This document shows, piece by piece, positions 1 to 13,760 of a DNA stretch of 64,000 bases. The stretch is from Isurus oxyrinchus (taxonomy: Eukaryota), in assembly GCA_026770705.1 (NCBI GenBank), contig JANJGN010000006.1, positions 45,136,001-45,200,000 on the forward strand, given 5' to 3'. A program made the position numbers and the translations under genes. Positions within the stretch are counted from its first letter, which is position 1. Each line of letters starts with the position of its first letter. The notes beneath the pieces are model-generated. The model saw only the letters and a program-made list of their open reading frames with translations. It ran no database searches and was not told where the DNA came from.

Positions 1-36
1 AGCACAGGCCTGAGGTCCAGTGGACAGAAATTGCTT

Positions 37-778
37 TATTCTTTCAGGGGATGTGAGCATTGCTGGCCAGACCATATTCTGAATTGCCCGTTGGAAGGTG
101 TTAGAGAGCTGCCTGCTTGAACTGTCACAGTATATCAACATACTGGGGATTACCATTGACGAGAAACTGAACTGGAATAGCCATATAAACACGGTGGCTA
201 CAAGATGCTGGGAATTCTGCAGCAAGTAACTCACCTCCTGGCTCCCCAAAGCCTGTCCACCATCTACAAAGCACAATTCAGGAGTGTGATGGAATACTCT
301 CCACTTGCCTGGAGAAGTACAGCTCCCACAACACTCAAGAAGCTTGACGCCATTCAGGCCAAAGCAGCCTGCTTAATTGGCACCACAACCACAACCATTC
401 ACCCCCTCCACCACTGACACACAGTAGCATTAGTGTGTACCATCTACAAGATGCACTGCAGGAACTCACCAAGGTTCCTTTGACAGCGCCTTCCAATCCC
501 ATGACCTCTACCATCTAGAAGGACGAGGTCAGCAAATGCATGGGAACACCACCACCAAGTTCCCCTCCAAGCCACCCATCCTGACTTGGAAAGATATCGC
601 TGTTCCTTCATTGTCACTGGGTCAAAATCCTGGAACTCTCTTCCTTACAGCCCTGTGTACCTGCAAAATATGTACCTACAATACATGGTCTGCAGCACTT
701 CAAGAAGGTGGCTCACCCTTCTCAGGAACAATTAGGAATGGGCAATAAATGCTGTCCCAGCCAGTGAAGCCCGCATCT
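37..778 (+). mobile_element. 3' fragment of CR1/L2-group LINE (132-778, plus) preceded by an inverted copy of the same 3' tail (37-131, minus)
   Basis: Translation LGILQQVTHLLAPQSLSTIYKAQFRSVMEYSPLAW matches the post-RT region; tail GGGCAATAAATGCTG...GCCAG is the same as in the copies at 7015, 11858 and 49275. Confidence 0.8.
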
Positions 779-929
779 GGATAGCAAGGACAGTCAGCAG
801 CATTAACTTAGCTCCACTATTTTAACATACCAGAATTCAAGCCTGGGTAAGCCACTCCCCAGATAGATGCAAACCTACTTAACATGCATGAATTCATATA
901 AAATCAGTGTAATGATAAGCTTTTAACTC

Positions 930-3250
930 CAGAAATAGTAAACATCGTAGGGTGCCAGAGTCACCAACAATACCTGGCAGTAGTCAGCACTGTGAGCTGA
1001 AGGGATCATGGTGAGCAGTTTTTACACCTCTGTGAGGACATGTTGGGATTTATGGTGGTCTACTCCGTGCTGCACAAAATTTCAACCATGAGGGAACAAT
1101 TCTTGCCACCAGCCATCAAGTGAGAAGCCGAGTGGCAGGAACACAAGGAAAAGGTGGAGGAGGAAGAAGTGCAAAAGGAAGTGAAGGAATAAGAAGGCGC
1201 TTACAGAAGAAGAGGGAGGCTACAATATAGAATTCACCTTTCTGCTTGAGCGCCACATGATGAAGTAATTAAGGAGTGAAGCCAATCACCTCAATGACAC
1301 CTTTTCATTCACCAACAGTTCCACACTCTTTGCCTTTCCTCTACCATTGATTATCATGCGTCCTTTTTCTTATAACACAAAAATAAAAACCACCACAAAA
1401 AGCCCACTCTAACCCAATTCTATACATATTAAATAATGCATGCAAAAAATAAGTAACCACCTTTGCACCTTAGCGCCTGTCTTCCATGTGCTACTACAAG
1501 GTGCTTCCCCAGTGGCTACAGCATGGATGGTGGATGACTGCTGATCTCCAATTGACAAGACTACAGGTGGTCTTGGAGTACAACTTCCAGCAGCCCTGAA
1601 CCTAGAGGACCTGGCTTTAAACTGCCCCATTTAAGCCTAGGCTGCATTAGCCTGGGGTGTCTGGCTGATGGACAATGGCAAGGGCACTGGCAGTGTGCGA
1701 CAAGACAGCAGATTCATGCTCCATGAACCCAGTGCCATTCACAGTGCCTCAGAAATCCTAGTAATGTGTAGGAGGACAAATTGATGTGCATCACCGTGGA
1801 AGCCCCTTGAGCATTGGCAGCCAGAGCCATGATGGCAACAGTTTGTGCTTCCAATATTGCACTCAGGCCTTTGATAGAACCTGTTTGTGCTACAGTTCAA
1901 GCTGTGACATTGATGATACATCTGGGCAGGTTTAGGAGGTATGCTAATAGAGGTAACTGCCTGTTTCATGCTGGGAAAGATGGGCTCCAAGCTCTACACA
2001 GAGCCCTGTGCCCTGTGCTCTTTATCATTGACCATAGGTTTTCTGGCAGGCTTGCCAGTGCACCAAATGTTTGATTATATTCGCCCATCAGCTTTCTGCT
2101 GTTACCTGGCTCATATATCTCACTTCTCTATAGCAGTAGTGTGAACTTCACACTTTTGTGAGCTGGTACCTGTGTTATCATTTCCCCAACCTTGACTCCT
2201 GCGCATTTGTGCCTAGTGTCTCACCACAGGCAGATGTCTCCTCTTTCCTAGCATCTAAAATATGCACAGTGTCAGTATCTAAGCTGGTGGCTGCAAATGT
2301 AATATTGAGTGATGGTGTCTCTTCAACTTCACTGCCTTCTTCCTCTTCTTCCCCTGGTTGAAAAGGCTCCCATTCTTAGGTATCTGAAATGAAAGAGGGC
2401 TAAGAGTTAGGTTGTAATGAGAGGAGAGGGGGAAGTAAGGAATGTAAATATAAACCACCTGCAGTTTTTAAGCCATTAGAGGTTGAAGGATGACAGGGAA
2501 ATGGGATGAGAGAAGGAGGGTTAGATACGTAGGTATCCTCATTATCAATCCCTCCAGCTCCAACAGTGGCCACAGCCTCAGTGATGTCCCATCCCATGAT
2601 GGCGAGCACTGTCTCCTTCATGGGGTTAAAACATGCAGGTGTGCTATCCTCCTGAGACCTCTTCCTCTGGTATGTTCCACCTTCTGCTGCAACACAGAGA
2701 GGAAAATGTGTCAATGAGTGCCCTTATGTGTTTGGGTGCAGTGGCTGTCATGTTTGAATAGTTGGCACTGTGTGCAAGCTGTGGGTTGTGGGTGTTAGTC
2801 TTTGGGGTTATCCAATTTAACCTCCGTCGCATGCTGGGAAGCACAGGAGTGCTCCTCCAGCTCACGCAAAGAATCCTTGGCATCCCCTTTCTATTTCCCT
2901 CCCTGCATTGGCATCTGTTGGTAAACTCCACCTTCCAGCATTACCCCGATTTGGTGGCCCATGCACCATTCATTTGGGTCCCCAATGGTGTTCAGTTTTT
3001 CCCCCAATTCTTGCTAGCATTGGGAATTTTCAGGCAGGAGACAATTCAGCATTATTTAAGTAAGGCCTGGGAGTTAAAATGGCCCAGTCCTCATGCTTCA
3101 TCATCTTTACAGCCACAGAGAGGGCAGTGCAGGCAGATGGCAAAGGGTTACGGGTCCTCATACAGTTGCTGGCACAGCCCCCATGTTGCATCTCTAGTGA
3201 AGTGCATGGTCCTAAAACATAAGTTTTTCATAGGGCCTTTGTTGCCTGCA
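930..3250. mobile_element. Decayed PIF/Harbinger transposon: transposase C-terminal remnant (plus, ~930-1260) converging on a Myb/SANT-type gene remnant (minus)
   Basis: Plus strand gives VV.SVLH followed by an acidic EEEE stretch; minus strand at ~2530-2690 gives a frameshifted KV.H.R...LHVLTPMKETVLAIMG segment similar to those at ~47850 and ~59350. Boundaries approximate. Confidence 0.55.
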
Positions 3251-4159
3251 TCTTCTCTGGTGGTGTGGCGGGGGAGGCTATGGGAATAACAATTTGATGG
3301 TGTGCATCCTCCTTAAATGTTGCCTTTTCTTTTCTCTACCTTCTTCTGCTCCTACCTGTCCTTGATAATTGCATTCAAAGAAATGCCCAAGTGGAAAGCT
3401 GTACCTACCCCTGAATAAAATTGTAGGAGGAGAGGGGTGAGGGGGAAGGGAATCAAAATCTCCTGGTGGTCTCAAGCTCTCAGAATCAGAAGGAAGTTCA
3501 AGGCTGCCTAGGCTCAATGCCAGAAAGAAAAATACTTCAAAGCATTGTTGTCAGATGCAGGGATCACTATTAAACCATTAAGCAGTCTTTAGGCTTGAAA
3601 ACCTCCTACTTCTGCGGTCTCAGTTGATCGTAGGAACAATTACGCCTTATATTTCTCATTCAGCCTTATCCCCAGTAAATTGTGAGCAAAAGCAGGAAAT
3701 TTGGGGCACCACTGGCATTCATAATAATCATTTGTGATTAAATGCAGGGCTGATCTTGGAAAGGGCCAAACTGTGCAAGGAAGTTCAAGAGGGTTGATTT
3801 TAGGCAGTGAGCAGGCGAAAACAGTTTCCACTCTGACTTGCTGGCCAGACAAAGTACTTGCTCCAATATCTTTCTGCAACCATTAAAAATGATGTCAAAT
3901 TCGTGGTCCAGTAACATATTTTGATTTCTACAGAAATGGCCCTGAAATTCAGTAGGGTTACCATTGCCTTCTTAGCATGGGTGCAGGACTAATGGAATCA
4001 TAGAGAAATGGTGCAAATGGTTACTTTCTACCCACTTGAGTCGTTTAATTGGGATTCTTAACCAATCTCTTGCTGGAGTCATATCGGGAGACCAATGATG
4101 ATCCTGTGAACTATCAGAGCCAATATGTATGTACTGATAGCTGTATATAGTTGCAGATT

Positions 4160-4603
4160 TGGTAGTATAGTGGTCTTAATTAACTTGTAAGCCAGAGGCC
4201 CACACTAGTGATTCAACAATATGAGTTCTAATCCCACCATGACAGCTGGGGAATTTGAATTCAGTTAGTTACTTAAATCTGGAATTTAATAATAAAATCT
4301 AGTGTCTAGTAAAATCATGGTGTCCCATGAAATTACCAAATTGCTGTAAAAACATTGGCTAATGTCCTTTAGGGTATGAAATCTGCAATTCTTATCTGCT
4401 CTGGCCTATAAGTGACTCCAGACTCAAAGCAATGTGCTTGACTCTTAATTGCCTCTGAAATGGCCTAGCAAATCACTCAGGTGTATCAAACTGCTATTCT
4501 TCCAGTGGTTCGAGAAAGTAGCTCACCACCACCTTCTCAAGAGCAGTAATGGATGACCAATAAACACAGGCCTTGCCAGCTATGTCCACCTTCTGAGAAT
4601 GGA
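4160..4603 (+). mobile_element. tRNA-derived SINE, LF-SINE-like
   Basis: A/B-box-like head (GGTAGTATAGTGG...GAGTTCTAATCCC), body CTAATGTCCTTTAGGG...TGGCCTA...GTGACTCCAGAC...GACTCTTAATTGCCTCTGAAATGGCCTAGC, and a 3' tail shared with the LINE above. Confidence 0.75.
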
Positions 4604-6260
4604 AAACATAGTCGCCATATATAACATTAATGGTGTTACTTAGAGCACATGCAAATGTTGCTTATAACAGCTACACCAATTTCAGACTTAACTAGTATAT
4701 ACATAAGAATGGATTTATGCAAGATGTTATGATAATGTATGGAAAATATATTAGGTTAGCAGTAAACCAGATCTGAAGTGACCTGAAATAGCAACTTTGC
4801 ATTTTATGTCATCAATATGTCTATTAAAAACAAATTAAGTTCCTATGTGCTGAGACATAATACAACCTGACACCCCAAATGTTGTAACTCCATCAGAAAG
4901 CTTCCTGCTGCACTGATGAGTGAAGAACAACAAATTCCCCTCTGTAACTGGAAACAGAACAAAGCTAAATGTTTAAAATGTGCCTGCCAGATGGTGGTCT
5001 AGTGGAGAGAATCCAGTTCTTGATAAAATTGGCATGGTAAGCACCAATCCCTGGCAATGCAGTTTGGCCCTGTGCATGCCTGTAATCCCGATGAGAGTGG
5101 TGGAGCATGGAGGAAGGTGTAGTTGGAGCAATTGGGCTGATATTAAATTGGTAGTTTTTTGTTAACTATTTCCAATCCTGATATCCGAGACTGATTCCTT
5201 ATTAGTACCAGCAAATGTATCTAGCATATGTATAACCTTAACCCTTTATTGCTAACATCAGACAAGTATAATTAAGCAGATATAGTCTAATTTTACCACC
5301 ATCCCAAAACACTGCTTTTGGGTGCAAAGAAACAACCAATGAATGAAGTTATATTTGTAGCATATGCACATTTATTTACTCCAAAGACAGAAAGACAGTT
5401 TCCTGATATTATTTTAAGAGTTATTTTTTGAAGGTTCATAGACACATTTGAAAATGATCCCGTGGTGGCAAAGCTGGGTTAACCAGTGAAAACCTTGTGG
5501 TGGGTGGAGGAAACACACACTCTCATTCCTGTGCAATGATGCTAGCATTGTTTTTCAGAAACGTTGAATGATGAAAATGGTAAGGCAAGTTTGCCTATTA
5601 TTTATTAGGTTGCATTAAGTCTATTTGAAATTTCTATGCTAACCTCTAAGGAAATATTTCCGTCTTCTTCCCTTATAAACTATTCTTGACCCCATAGCAT
5701 GACGCCATTTTCTGAAAGACAAAGACAGAAATGATTCAAAGAGATACTGACTTCAAATGCTATTAGTGGAGAAGTAAAACTGCTGTAAAGATAACTGCAG
5801 AATGTAATTTAGACACCAAACTTAAGCAGCCAAGATTCCAGAGATGAATTTTAATGAGGCACTTATTTACATGTGCAATTATTTACTTGGGAAGTTAAAA
5901 CTTCCAATGGACAGAGTTATGATGCCTGGGCCACTCTGTCCCCTCCCCTCCCTGCTCCCGCCCTGAGAACATCTGCAACAAAGATCTTAGTTTCAGAGAA
6001 TTGGGGCTGTACTTTATGCACTCCTGCCTGGCGTGCTTTGGGCAGGGGGGCGCCATGTAAAATAGGGTAGGTGCCCACCCCACCACCTTCCCACCAATCC
6101 CCAAGCTCACCCCCCTAGTTGGACAGGAGCCAAAATCAGCATAATAAGTAATCAATGGACAATTAGGCTTGTTACCAACCCAATTGACTTGATAATATGC
6201 TACCCATGGCGATCGAAAGTTGTGGCCGCTCCGGGGTTTCCTAGGCTGCCGGAGCAGGAG

Positions 6261-6738
6261 CTCTTCCTTTTCGACTCTGACATCTTGAAGCCACAACATG
6301 CCTCCTAAAGATGACAAGAAGAAGAAATATGGGGGGCAAAGCGGGAAAAAAGGATAAAGATCCAATAAACAAGACTGGAGGCAAGGTCAAGAAGAAGGAG
6401 TGGTCAAAAAGAAAAGAGAGGGACAAGCTGAACAACTTGATCCTGTTTGACAAAGCCACATATGACAAACTGTTGAAAGAGTTACCAAACTACAAACCCA
6501 TCACGCCTGCTGTCATCTCTGAAAGACTAAAATCAGAGGGTCTCTGGCCAGGGTTGCCCAGCAGGAGCTGCTTGTGAAAGGTATGATCAAGCTGGTGTGT
6601 AAACACAGGGCACAGGTAATTAACACACAAAATACCAAGGGAGGGGATGTACCTGCTGCTACAGATGAAGTGTAAACAGGTGCTGGAATGGATCCCAAGT
6701 AAGGATATTTAGATATAAGTACAAAATAAAAATAAAAA
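6261..6738 (+). pseudogene. RPS25: Processed pseudogene of 40S ribosomal protein S25 (eS25)
   Basis: 5'TOP tract CTCTTCCTTTT at 6261, ATG 6298 ([10 protein letters not shown]), [56 protein letters not shown], stop 6673-6675, intronless, two frameshifts (~6332, ~6530), A-rich end 6723-6738. Confidence 0.95.
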
Positions 6739-7014
6739 TGTATGGTGTGGCCAGTCGGGTGGGAAGTCCAATTTTTTTAACGAAGCTCTTCACAGGGTAA
6801 GAAGAGGAGTTTGACCTTCATGGAGGGACCCTTTCCTGAATGGGGAGGGGTTGCGGCCACCCTTAAGATGAATCCCTGCTTCCTTCCTACCTTCCTGCAG
6901 ACTTTAACCTCCCTCCCACCACCCCCAGCTCCCCTGCCCCTCTCCCTGACCTTCCCAAACCCTCCCTATCTCCCTGCTTAGCAATAACCTGCTCACTGAT
7001 GCCCGGCTTGAGTT

Positions 7015-8262
7015 CCACCAGTGTCACTCAGTTCCTGATCTCATCACAGCCTTGCTTCAAACATGGACAAAATTGTTGAACTCAATAGGTGAGGTGAGAG
7101 TGACTGCTGTTGACATTGAAACAGCATTTGACTGAATGTGGCGTCGAGAAACCCTAGCAAAACTGGAATCAATGGGAATCAGGGGAAAACTCTCTGCTGG
7201 TCAGAGTCATACTTAGCACAAAGTTGTGGTTGTTGGATATCAATCATCTCAGTTCCAGAACATCATTGCAGGAGTTCCTCAGGGTAGTGCCCTAGGCCCA
7301 ACCATCTCCAGTTACTTCATCAAAAATCTTCCTTCCATCATAAGGTCAGAAGTGGATATGTTCGCTGAGGATTGCACAATGTTCAGCACCATTTGTGACT
7401 CCTCAGATACTGAAGCAGTCCATGTCCAAATGCAGCAAGACCTGGACAATACCCAGGCTCGAGCTGACAAGTTGCAAGTAATATTCGTGGCACACACATG
7501 CCAGGTAATGACTATTTCCAACAAGATAGAATCTAACCATCGTCCCTTGACATTCAATGGCATTACCATTGCTGAATTCCCCACTGTCAACATCCTGGAA
7601 GTTACCATTGACCAGATGCTGAACTAGATTAGCATTATAAATACTATGGCTACAAGAACAGGTCAGAGGCTAGGAATTCTGCGGTGAGTAACTCACTTCC
7701 TGACTCCCCAAAGCCTGTCCACCATCTACAAGGCATAGGTCAGGAGTGTGATGGAATACTCCCCACTTGCCTGGATGAGTGCAGTTCCAATAACTCTCAA
7801 GAAACTTGACAACAGCAGGACAAAGCAGCCTACATGATTACCCCATCCACCAACTTAAACATTCATTCCCTCCATCATTGATGCACAGTGGCAACAGAGT
7901 GTACCATTTACATGATGCACTGCAGGAACTCACCAAGGCTCCTTCGACAGCACCATCCAAACCCATGACTGCTACCATTTAGAAGGACAAGGGCAGTGGA
8001 TGCATAGGAACACCACCACATGGAAGTTCCCCTCCAAGTCACTCACCATCCTGACTTGGAAATATATTGTCATTCCTTCACTGTCACTGGATCAAAATTC
8101 AGGAACTCCCTCCCTAACAGCACTCTTGTGTGCACTTACACTACATGGACTGCAGCGGTTCAAGAAGGCAGCTCACCACCATCTTCTCAAGGGCAATTAG
8201 GCTTGGGCAATAAATGAGGGCCCAACCAGCAACATCCACATCCCATGAATGAATAAAATAAA
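7015..8262 (+). mobile_element. 5'-truncated CR1/L2-group LINE (RT C-half plus 3' tail)
   Basis: GVPQGSALGP and MFAEDC (FADD) motifs; ends CATCCCATGAATGAATAAAATAAAA. Confidence 0.9.
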
Positions 8263-9482
8263 ACCCTGGACTGACCTGCCCCAGAGATACATGGATCTCC
8301 CTGCAGCCCCTATTGATGCGCTCTTGGTGCTGCCAGAACTGGTGGAGCTGCCGGTCAATCTGATTGGTGGGTCTTCCTCCTGAATGAGGGTCAGATGTAC
8401 CACTTGACTCTTGGTTAGCCACCCGATAGAGCTTTATAGCTGCAGGATGGGGTGCCATGGAGCGTGTTGGCTCCACACCGGCTTTGCTTCCAGAGGGGTG
8501 AGCCATACAGGCTCCTCATATTATTCAGCCTTTGGACTTGCCCTCGTCTTACCCAGATATTTCCTCCATCCTTCTCCTACCAATAATCTCAGGCATAGGG
8601 CAGTGATTAACAGTGAGAGCTCTATTGGGAAGGCTTAGAAAACACCACACCCCCCTGCGCCCCTGACAATGTTCATCTCCCTCATCCCCTCCCAACAATG
8701 CTCACAACAGTGCCCCCCACCGCAACCCCCCCCACCCCCCTCCCCCCACTTCCCACCGACACTGCTCCCTCCCCCTCGGACCTCCAACAATGCTAACTCC
8801 TAACCCTCAGGCTCTTCCTGAAAATGCCCAACCCCGCTCCCCTTAGGCTTTACCCTCTGTTTCATGGCTCAGAGGCCCTGGAACTTCAACCTGAAAAAGG
8901 AGAATCCTAAACCTGATTCAGTGAACTGGCAGAAACAGAACTTTGTCCAAATGCTGCTTGTTCAGAATTTTAGCTCTGCAACCATGATCTTTATTGTATT
9001 GTGAGAACATTCCCACACATGTATTTAATTAGCTGTACTGCTTTCTTAAAACTGTCCAAATTCAGTTCTAGTAACAGTAAACATCCAACCATTTAAACGT
9101 CAGGAACAGGAATGGACATCTTTAAAGGATTATCATAAAATTTTGTAAATTATCAAAAAAAAGCATCTTTTTGTATCTCTATTTATACTGCCACACAATC
9201 TAATTGTGTAAAAAATTAACAACTTTCATCTGAGAAAATGGGAAAAACTGTGAGAGAAAAAGATTTACAGGTATAGAAAGGGTGAAAACTACAGTGAGGT
9301 GAAAGAGATTGAGGGTTCACAGAGTGGAATGACAGAAAAGCACAGACTGTACTTTCCATCTTTTTGTGTTTGTATCTGTGCCCAGGTCTGTTCAGACATG
9401 AGAAATCAATTAAAGCAAGAAGTAACACAACTAAAAGTGGAAAAGTAAAGATAAAACTGGAATGATAGGTAAGAGAACCCTA

Positions 9483-9600
9483 GGGCGAAATTTTACGCTG
9501 GTGGGGTTTTACAGCCCCACTGAAGTCAATGAGCTTTTGAACGGCTCGTTGCATTTTACGGCCCCACCCCTGCCGCGACGGGGCTGTAAAACTCCGGCCC
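9483..9600. mobile_element. 118-bp Harbinger-type MITE
   Basis: Ends GGGCGAAATTTTAC / GTAAAACTCCGGCCC form imperfect TIRs; 3-bp TSD CTA at 9480-9482 and 9601-9603. Confidence 0.8.
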
Positions 9601-11419
9601 CTATAGCCTTTGAAATTGACAGCACAGTGGGGACTATTATTGGCCCTTGTGTCTGTCCATTTTTTGCTGGAGTCAAGAGTACTCCCAGTATCAGCTATTT
9701 AACAAGTGGCTATTTGGTGGTCGTGACTTTCTGGTAACATTTTCAAAATGATCATTTCATACATGATTTGACAGTCGAATTTATTGATATTTGGAATACC
9801 AGTGCACTATTAGCCAACTTACACCCGGCCCAAGCTGGAGGGGCTCTTTTTAAATACGCAGATTGGGCCTGGTAACATCATCACCCGGACTTATCAGCGC
9901 TCTGCCAGCTTCAAGGCTCACACATGCTCTATAACTTTTAAAGTCAGAGCCTAAGTCTGACAAATTTGTTGTGAGAAAGCTTATTAACATCCTTTAAGAG
10001 ATTCTTAAATATCCATCAAGGAAGTCTTTTTAATCAGCCATGGAACTTCCTGTATCCCTTAGAATAATCTACTACTCAGGGCAAATTATTACCTGAGAAA
10101 ACCTGATCATGTGTGTTATCATTGGACAACTAGAGACAGCAGGAAGCTATTATAGGAGTGGACTATGGATGAGGCACTGAAGCTCCATAAGTAATTAGAT
10201 TGCCGATCATCTATCCGTGGATCATTGACTGAATAAGAGTGATTGAATATCATTTGCCACCATAAATTTAAGGCGAACACAGTGAATGCATGTGTGCGTG
10301 TGTGTATATATTTTCAAATACCCATCAAAGAACAAGTAGAGACTTATCAGGCTAGGATCTACATGATGTTGTAGGAATCAACTTGCTGTTTATGTCTGGG
10401 ATTGACCAGATCAACCTCCCTTCCTAGCCCATTAAAGTTAGCCATGGATTTATTGTATTATTAATACCAGTCTGTCTGCTGAAGAAGTCTGTTCTCCAAT
10501 GTGGAGTGGCAGCAATACATTTTTATACGCATTATTATAAATGACAGGCAGGATTATTACACATAGATTGAAAGCGTTTAAAAATATGAGTAAGCAAGAT
10601 ATAGAACTAGCTAAGATAATAGAAAATGTCCTTTCTAAACTACTTTCACATAATTTCTGCTGATTCCTGCTGCTTTTCCTTTGAACCTCTGATGCAGTCA
10701 TGAAATTGGTACATTGCCCACAGCTCTAATAATTGTATAAAGCACATGTTTGTCATATGAATCATGCTTTCTCATAATCAGTTAATAGTTGACTGAGGGA
10801 TTTCTACAACAACCAAAAAGGTGCTTTCTGCCTGTAGATCAGGGATGACTATGTTCCTGAATGGAATATTTTTCTTTTTTTTTAACCTTCAAATTCCTAA
10901 TTGTATAGCATGGATCAAAGGAATACAAAGCTCCCTCTTCATTTGTATCATATCGGAGAACACCAGCTTTACAAGCTTTGCCAGAATGACTTTTTAATTT
11001 GCCTCATGCTGTAGCCTTGCGCCTTTCACAAAGAGTGTGCTGGATATACTGGTAGGTGAGCACCTGAAACATTTTATTTTCCTGCAAAGCTGTTTGTCAA
11101 ATCCTCCATAACAGAACTAAGGTTATCAAAAAAAGTATGAGTCATTGATGAATAGACCGCTTCACGTTAGTTGTCTTGAATTTGAAAATTGTTTTCCCAA
11201 ATAATATTTATGATATGAAGGAGTGAAATTGGATTTTGGGTATGCCTGTTGGGATAGAAATTGGTCTTGGGCAGTAGCACTAACCGGGCAATATTGAATC
11301 TACCACTCAGCATGCTTTCTGCCTGGTGTTCAGTCCCATTTACTTCAATTGAATTGAATATCAGTGTTGTGAAAATGCCCATAGAGTCCAACCACCCATT
11401 TTATACCCCAACAGCTGTT

Positions 11420-11566
11420 AGCCTTGGCTCAGGGGAAGCGCCACCCCATTGAGTCAAAAGATTGTTGTCCAGAAAGCTGAGCACACAATTTAGGTTGACA
11501 CTTTAGTCTTGAGGGCGTGTCATTGGGTATAATCAGCAAGGGTGCTTTCTTTCAGATGAGACATTA
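11420..11566 (+). mobile_element. Deu-domain SINE (SacSINE1/AmnSINE-like), 5' part; continues at ~13635-13765 and ~18066-18135
   Basis: AGGTTGACAC...GAGGG...TTTCAGATGAGACATTA joins collinearly to TTAAAGCGAGG...ATCCCATGACATCATTTGAAGAGCAGGGAG; similar to copies at 36355 and 54398. Confidence 0.65.
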
Positions 11567-11857
11567 GCCCAAAACTTCCGGTATCCAAATCATCAGAGAC
11601 CAGATGGAAGACAGAAGATGCACATCAAGGGCTCTGTGGAAGTCCTGACATGCAGGCATATGTGGGAACTTCCCAGGAAGTTTAAACTTCCATCGGACAG
11701 TTCCCTGCTGCCGGGGACCCTGAGCTAGAGTCAGAGACTCAGGACAGATCCATGTGACTTACATTGTTGGTTACACAGGAAATCTTAAGCAGTTTAAAAC
11801 ATGGTCTAACACCTGGTTAACTCCATAACTAATCCCATCAAGCACCAAGCTAACCAC

Positions 11858-12830
11858 TTTTTTTTATTCATTCACAGGATATGGACTTTGCTGGCTGGGC
11901 CAGCATTTATTACCGGTCCCTAGTTGCCTTTGAGAAGGTGGTGGTGAGCTGCCTTCTTGAATCATTGCAGTCCATGTGGTGTAGGTACACCCACAGTGCT
12001 GTTAGGAAGGGAGTTCCAGGATTTTGACCCAGCGACAGTGAAGGAACAACGATATATTTCCAAGTCAGGATGGTGAGTGACTTGGAGGGGAAATTCCAGG
12101 TGGTGGTGTTCCAACTGTCTGCTGCTCTTGTCCTTCTAGATGGTCGTGGTCGTGGGTTTGGAAGGTGCTGTCGAAGGAGCCTTGGTGAAGTCCTGCAGTG
12201 CATCTTGTAGATGGTACACACTGCTGCCACTGTGCATCGGTGGCAAACGGAGTGAATGTTTGTGGATGTGGTGCCAATCAAGCGGGCTGCTTTGTCCTAG
12301 ATGGTGTTGAGCTTCTTGAATGTTGTGGGAGCTGTACTTATCCATGCAAGTGGGGAGTAATCCATCACACTCCTGAATTATGCCTTGTAGATGGTGGACA
12401 GGCTTTGAGGAATCAGGAGGGAGTTACTCGTCGCACGATTCCTAGCCCCTGATCTCCTCTTGTAGCCACAGTATTTATATGGCTAGTCCAGATCAGTTTC
12501 TGGTCAATGGTAACCCCCCAGGATGTTGATAATGGGGGATTCATTTATGGTAATGCCATTGAACATCAAGGGGCGATGGTTGGATTCTCTCTTGTTGGAG
12601 ATGGTCATTGCCAGACATTTGTGTGGTGCGAATGTTACTTGCCACTTGTCAGCCCAAGCCTGGATATTGCCCAGATCTTGCTGGATTTGGACATGGACTG
12701 TTTCAGTATCTGTTGAGTCGCGAATGGTGCTGAACGTCGTGCAATCATCAGCGAACATCCCCACTTCTGACCTTATCAAGAAAGGAAGGTCATTGATGAA
12801 GCAGCTGAAGATGGTTGGGCCAAGGACACC
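11858..12830 (-). mobile_element. 5'-truncated CR1/L2-group LINE
   Basis: Minus-strand MFADDC RT motif; tail ...ATCCTGTGAATGAATAAAAAAAA at the low-coordinate end. Confidence 0.9.
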
Positions 12831-13385
12831 CTACCACCCGATTACACCCTGACCACCCAACTAACCCCCAGCCCGTCCCAACTATCCCCCCTAAATACCC
12901 CCCAATCCAACCCAGCTATCCCACAACCGTCTGATTAATCTGACCAACCAACCAGCCCCTGAATACTTGCCTGTGCCCCCTACCTGACATAACCATCCAC
13001 CTCACCACCCAACCAGCGTCCGACCACCCAACAAACACCCCTCCCACCTGACTACCTCCCCACCCAACCGCCTTCCCACCTGACCACCACCGACCAACTT
13101 TCTACCTTCTGTGCATTCGACTACCTCCTCTGACCACTCGTCTACTTCCCGTTCACTACCTTTGATCCGACCCAACTACCTTCCCAACCAGACCCAACTA
13201 CCCCTTGCCGCTTGACTACGCTACAGCCCGACTACCCACTCACCCACCTCACACATCTACCCATTCACCCACCTACCCACCTACAAACCTCACCCAATCA
13301 CCCATTTACCCATCTCACCCACTCACCCACCTATCCTCCTCACTCTCCTACCCATTCAGTCACTCATTTTCTCATGCACTCATTC
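12830..13385. repeat. C/A-rich low-complexity decayed minisatellite (CCCACC/CTGACC-like units)
   Basis: Direct composition; G-rich on the minus strand. Confidence 0.8.
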
Positions 13386-13760
13386 AATAACTTAGCAAAA
13401 TTTTTGGGACTTTTAAATACTGACCAGAATATGACCACTAGTGCTATAAAAGGGGATGTGTCCTCTACGTTGATTCCCTTTGCAGATCTCTTCATGGAAT
13501 CCTGCACTGAGGGAGTTCTTTTGTATCCTGCAGGGGAGTTTGGCCAGAAAAAAATGTATCCAGGTAAGTGGGTAGTTTTCTGTCTGATGAGCGTTGGAAG
13601 CAGTGGTTCCAATGCTGATTCGAAGATTTGGACCATTAAAGCGAGGTCCTTTCTGTCTTCTCATGTCGATACAAACAATCCCATGACATCATTTGAAGAG
13701 CAGGGAGTCCTCCTGGTGCCATGGCTAACATTTAACCTTCAATTGATCCCTAAAATAGAT

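Larger units (their letters stand above)
11567..13634. mobile_element. Non-autonomous Harbinger-type element inserted in the Deu SINE
   Basis: Imperfect TIRs GCCCAAAACTTC / GAAGATTTGGACC; TTA on both flanks; splits a collinear SINE. Confidence 0.55.

Noticed and set aside
4160-4240. tRNA-like A/B boxes (also ~51475-51560)
   Set aside because: SINE heads with no cloverleaf; not tRNA genes.
5895-6468. Minus-strand ORFs of 156 and 75 aa
   Set aside because: Largely antisense shadows of the RPS25 retrocopy and adjacent repeat DNA.
12830-13385. Possible CRISPR-like, telomeric or functional tandem array
   Set aside because: No constant repeat/spacer period or TTAGGG units; decayed low-complexity DNA in a eukaryotic context.
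13486-13563. 78-nt segment with strong acceptor and CAG/GTAAGT donor, within the 236-aa ORF 13212-13922
   Set aside because: Lies inside a non-autonomous DNA element; the ORF crosses low-complexity DNA, SINE and CR1 tail; no recognisable protein.
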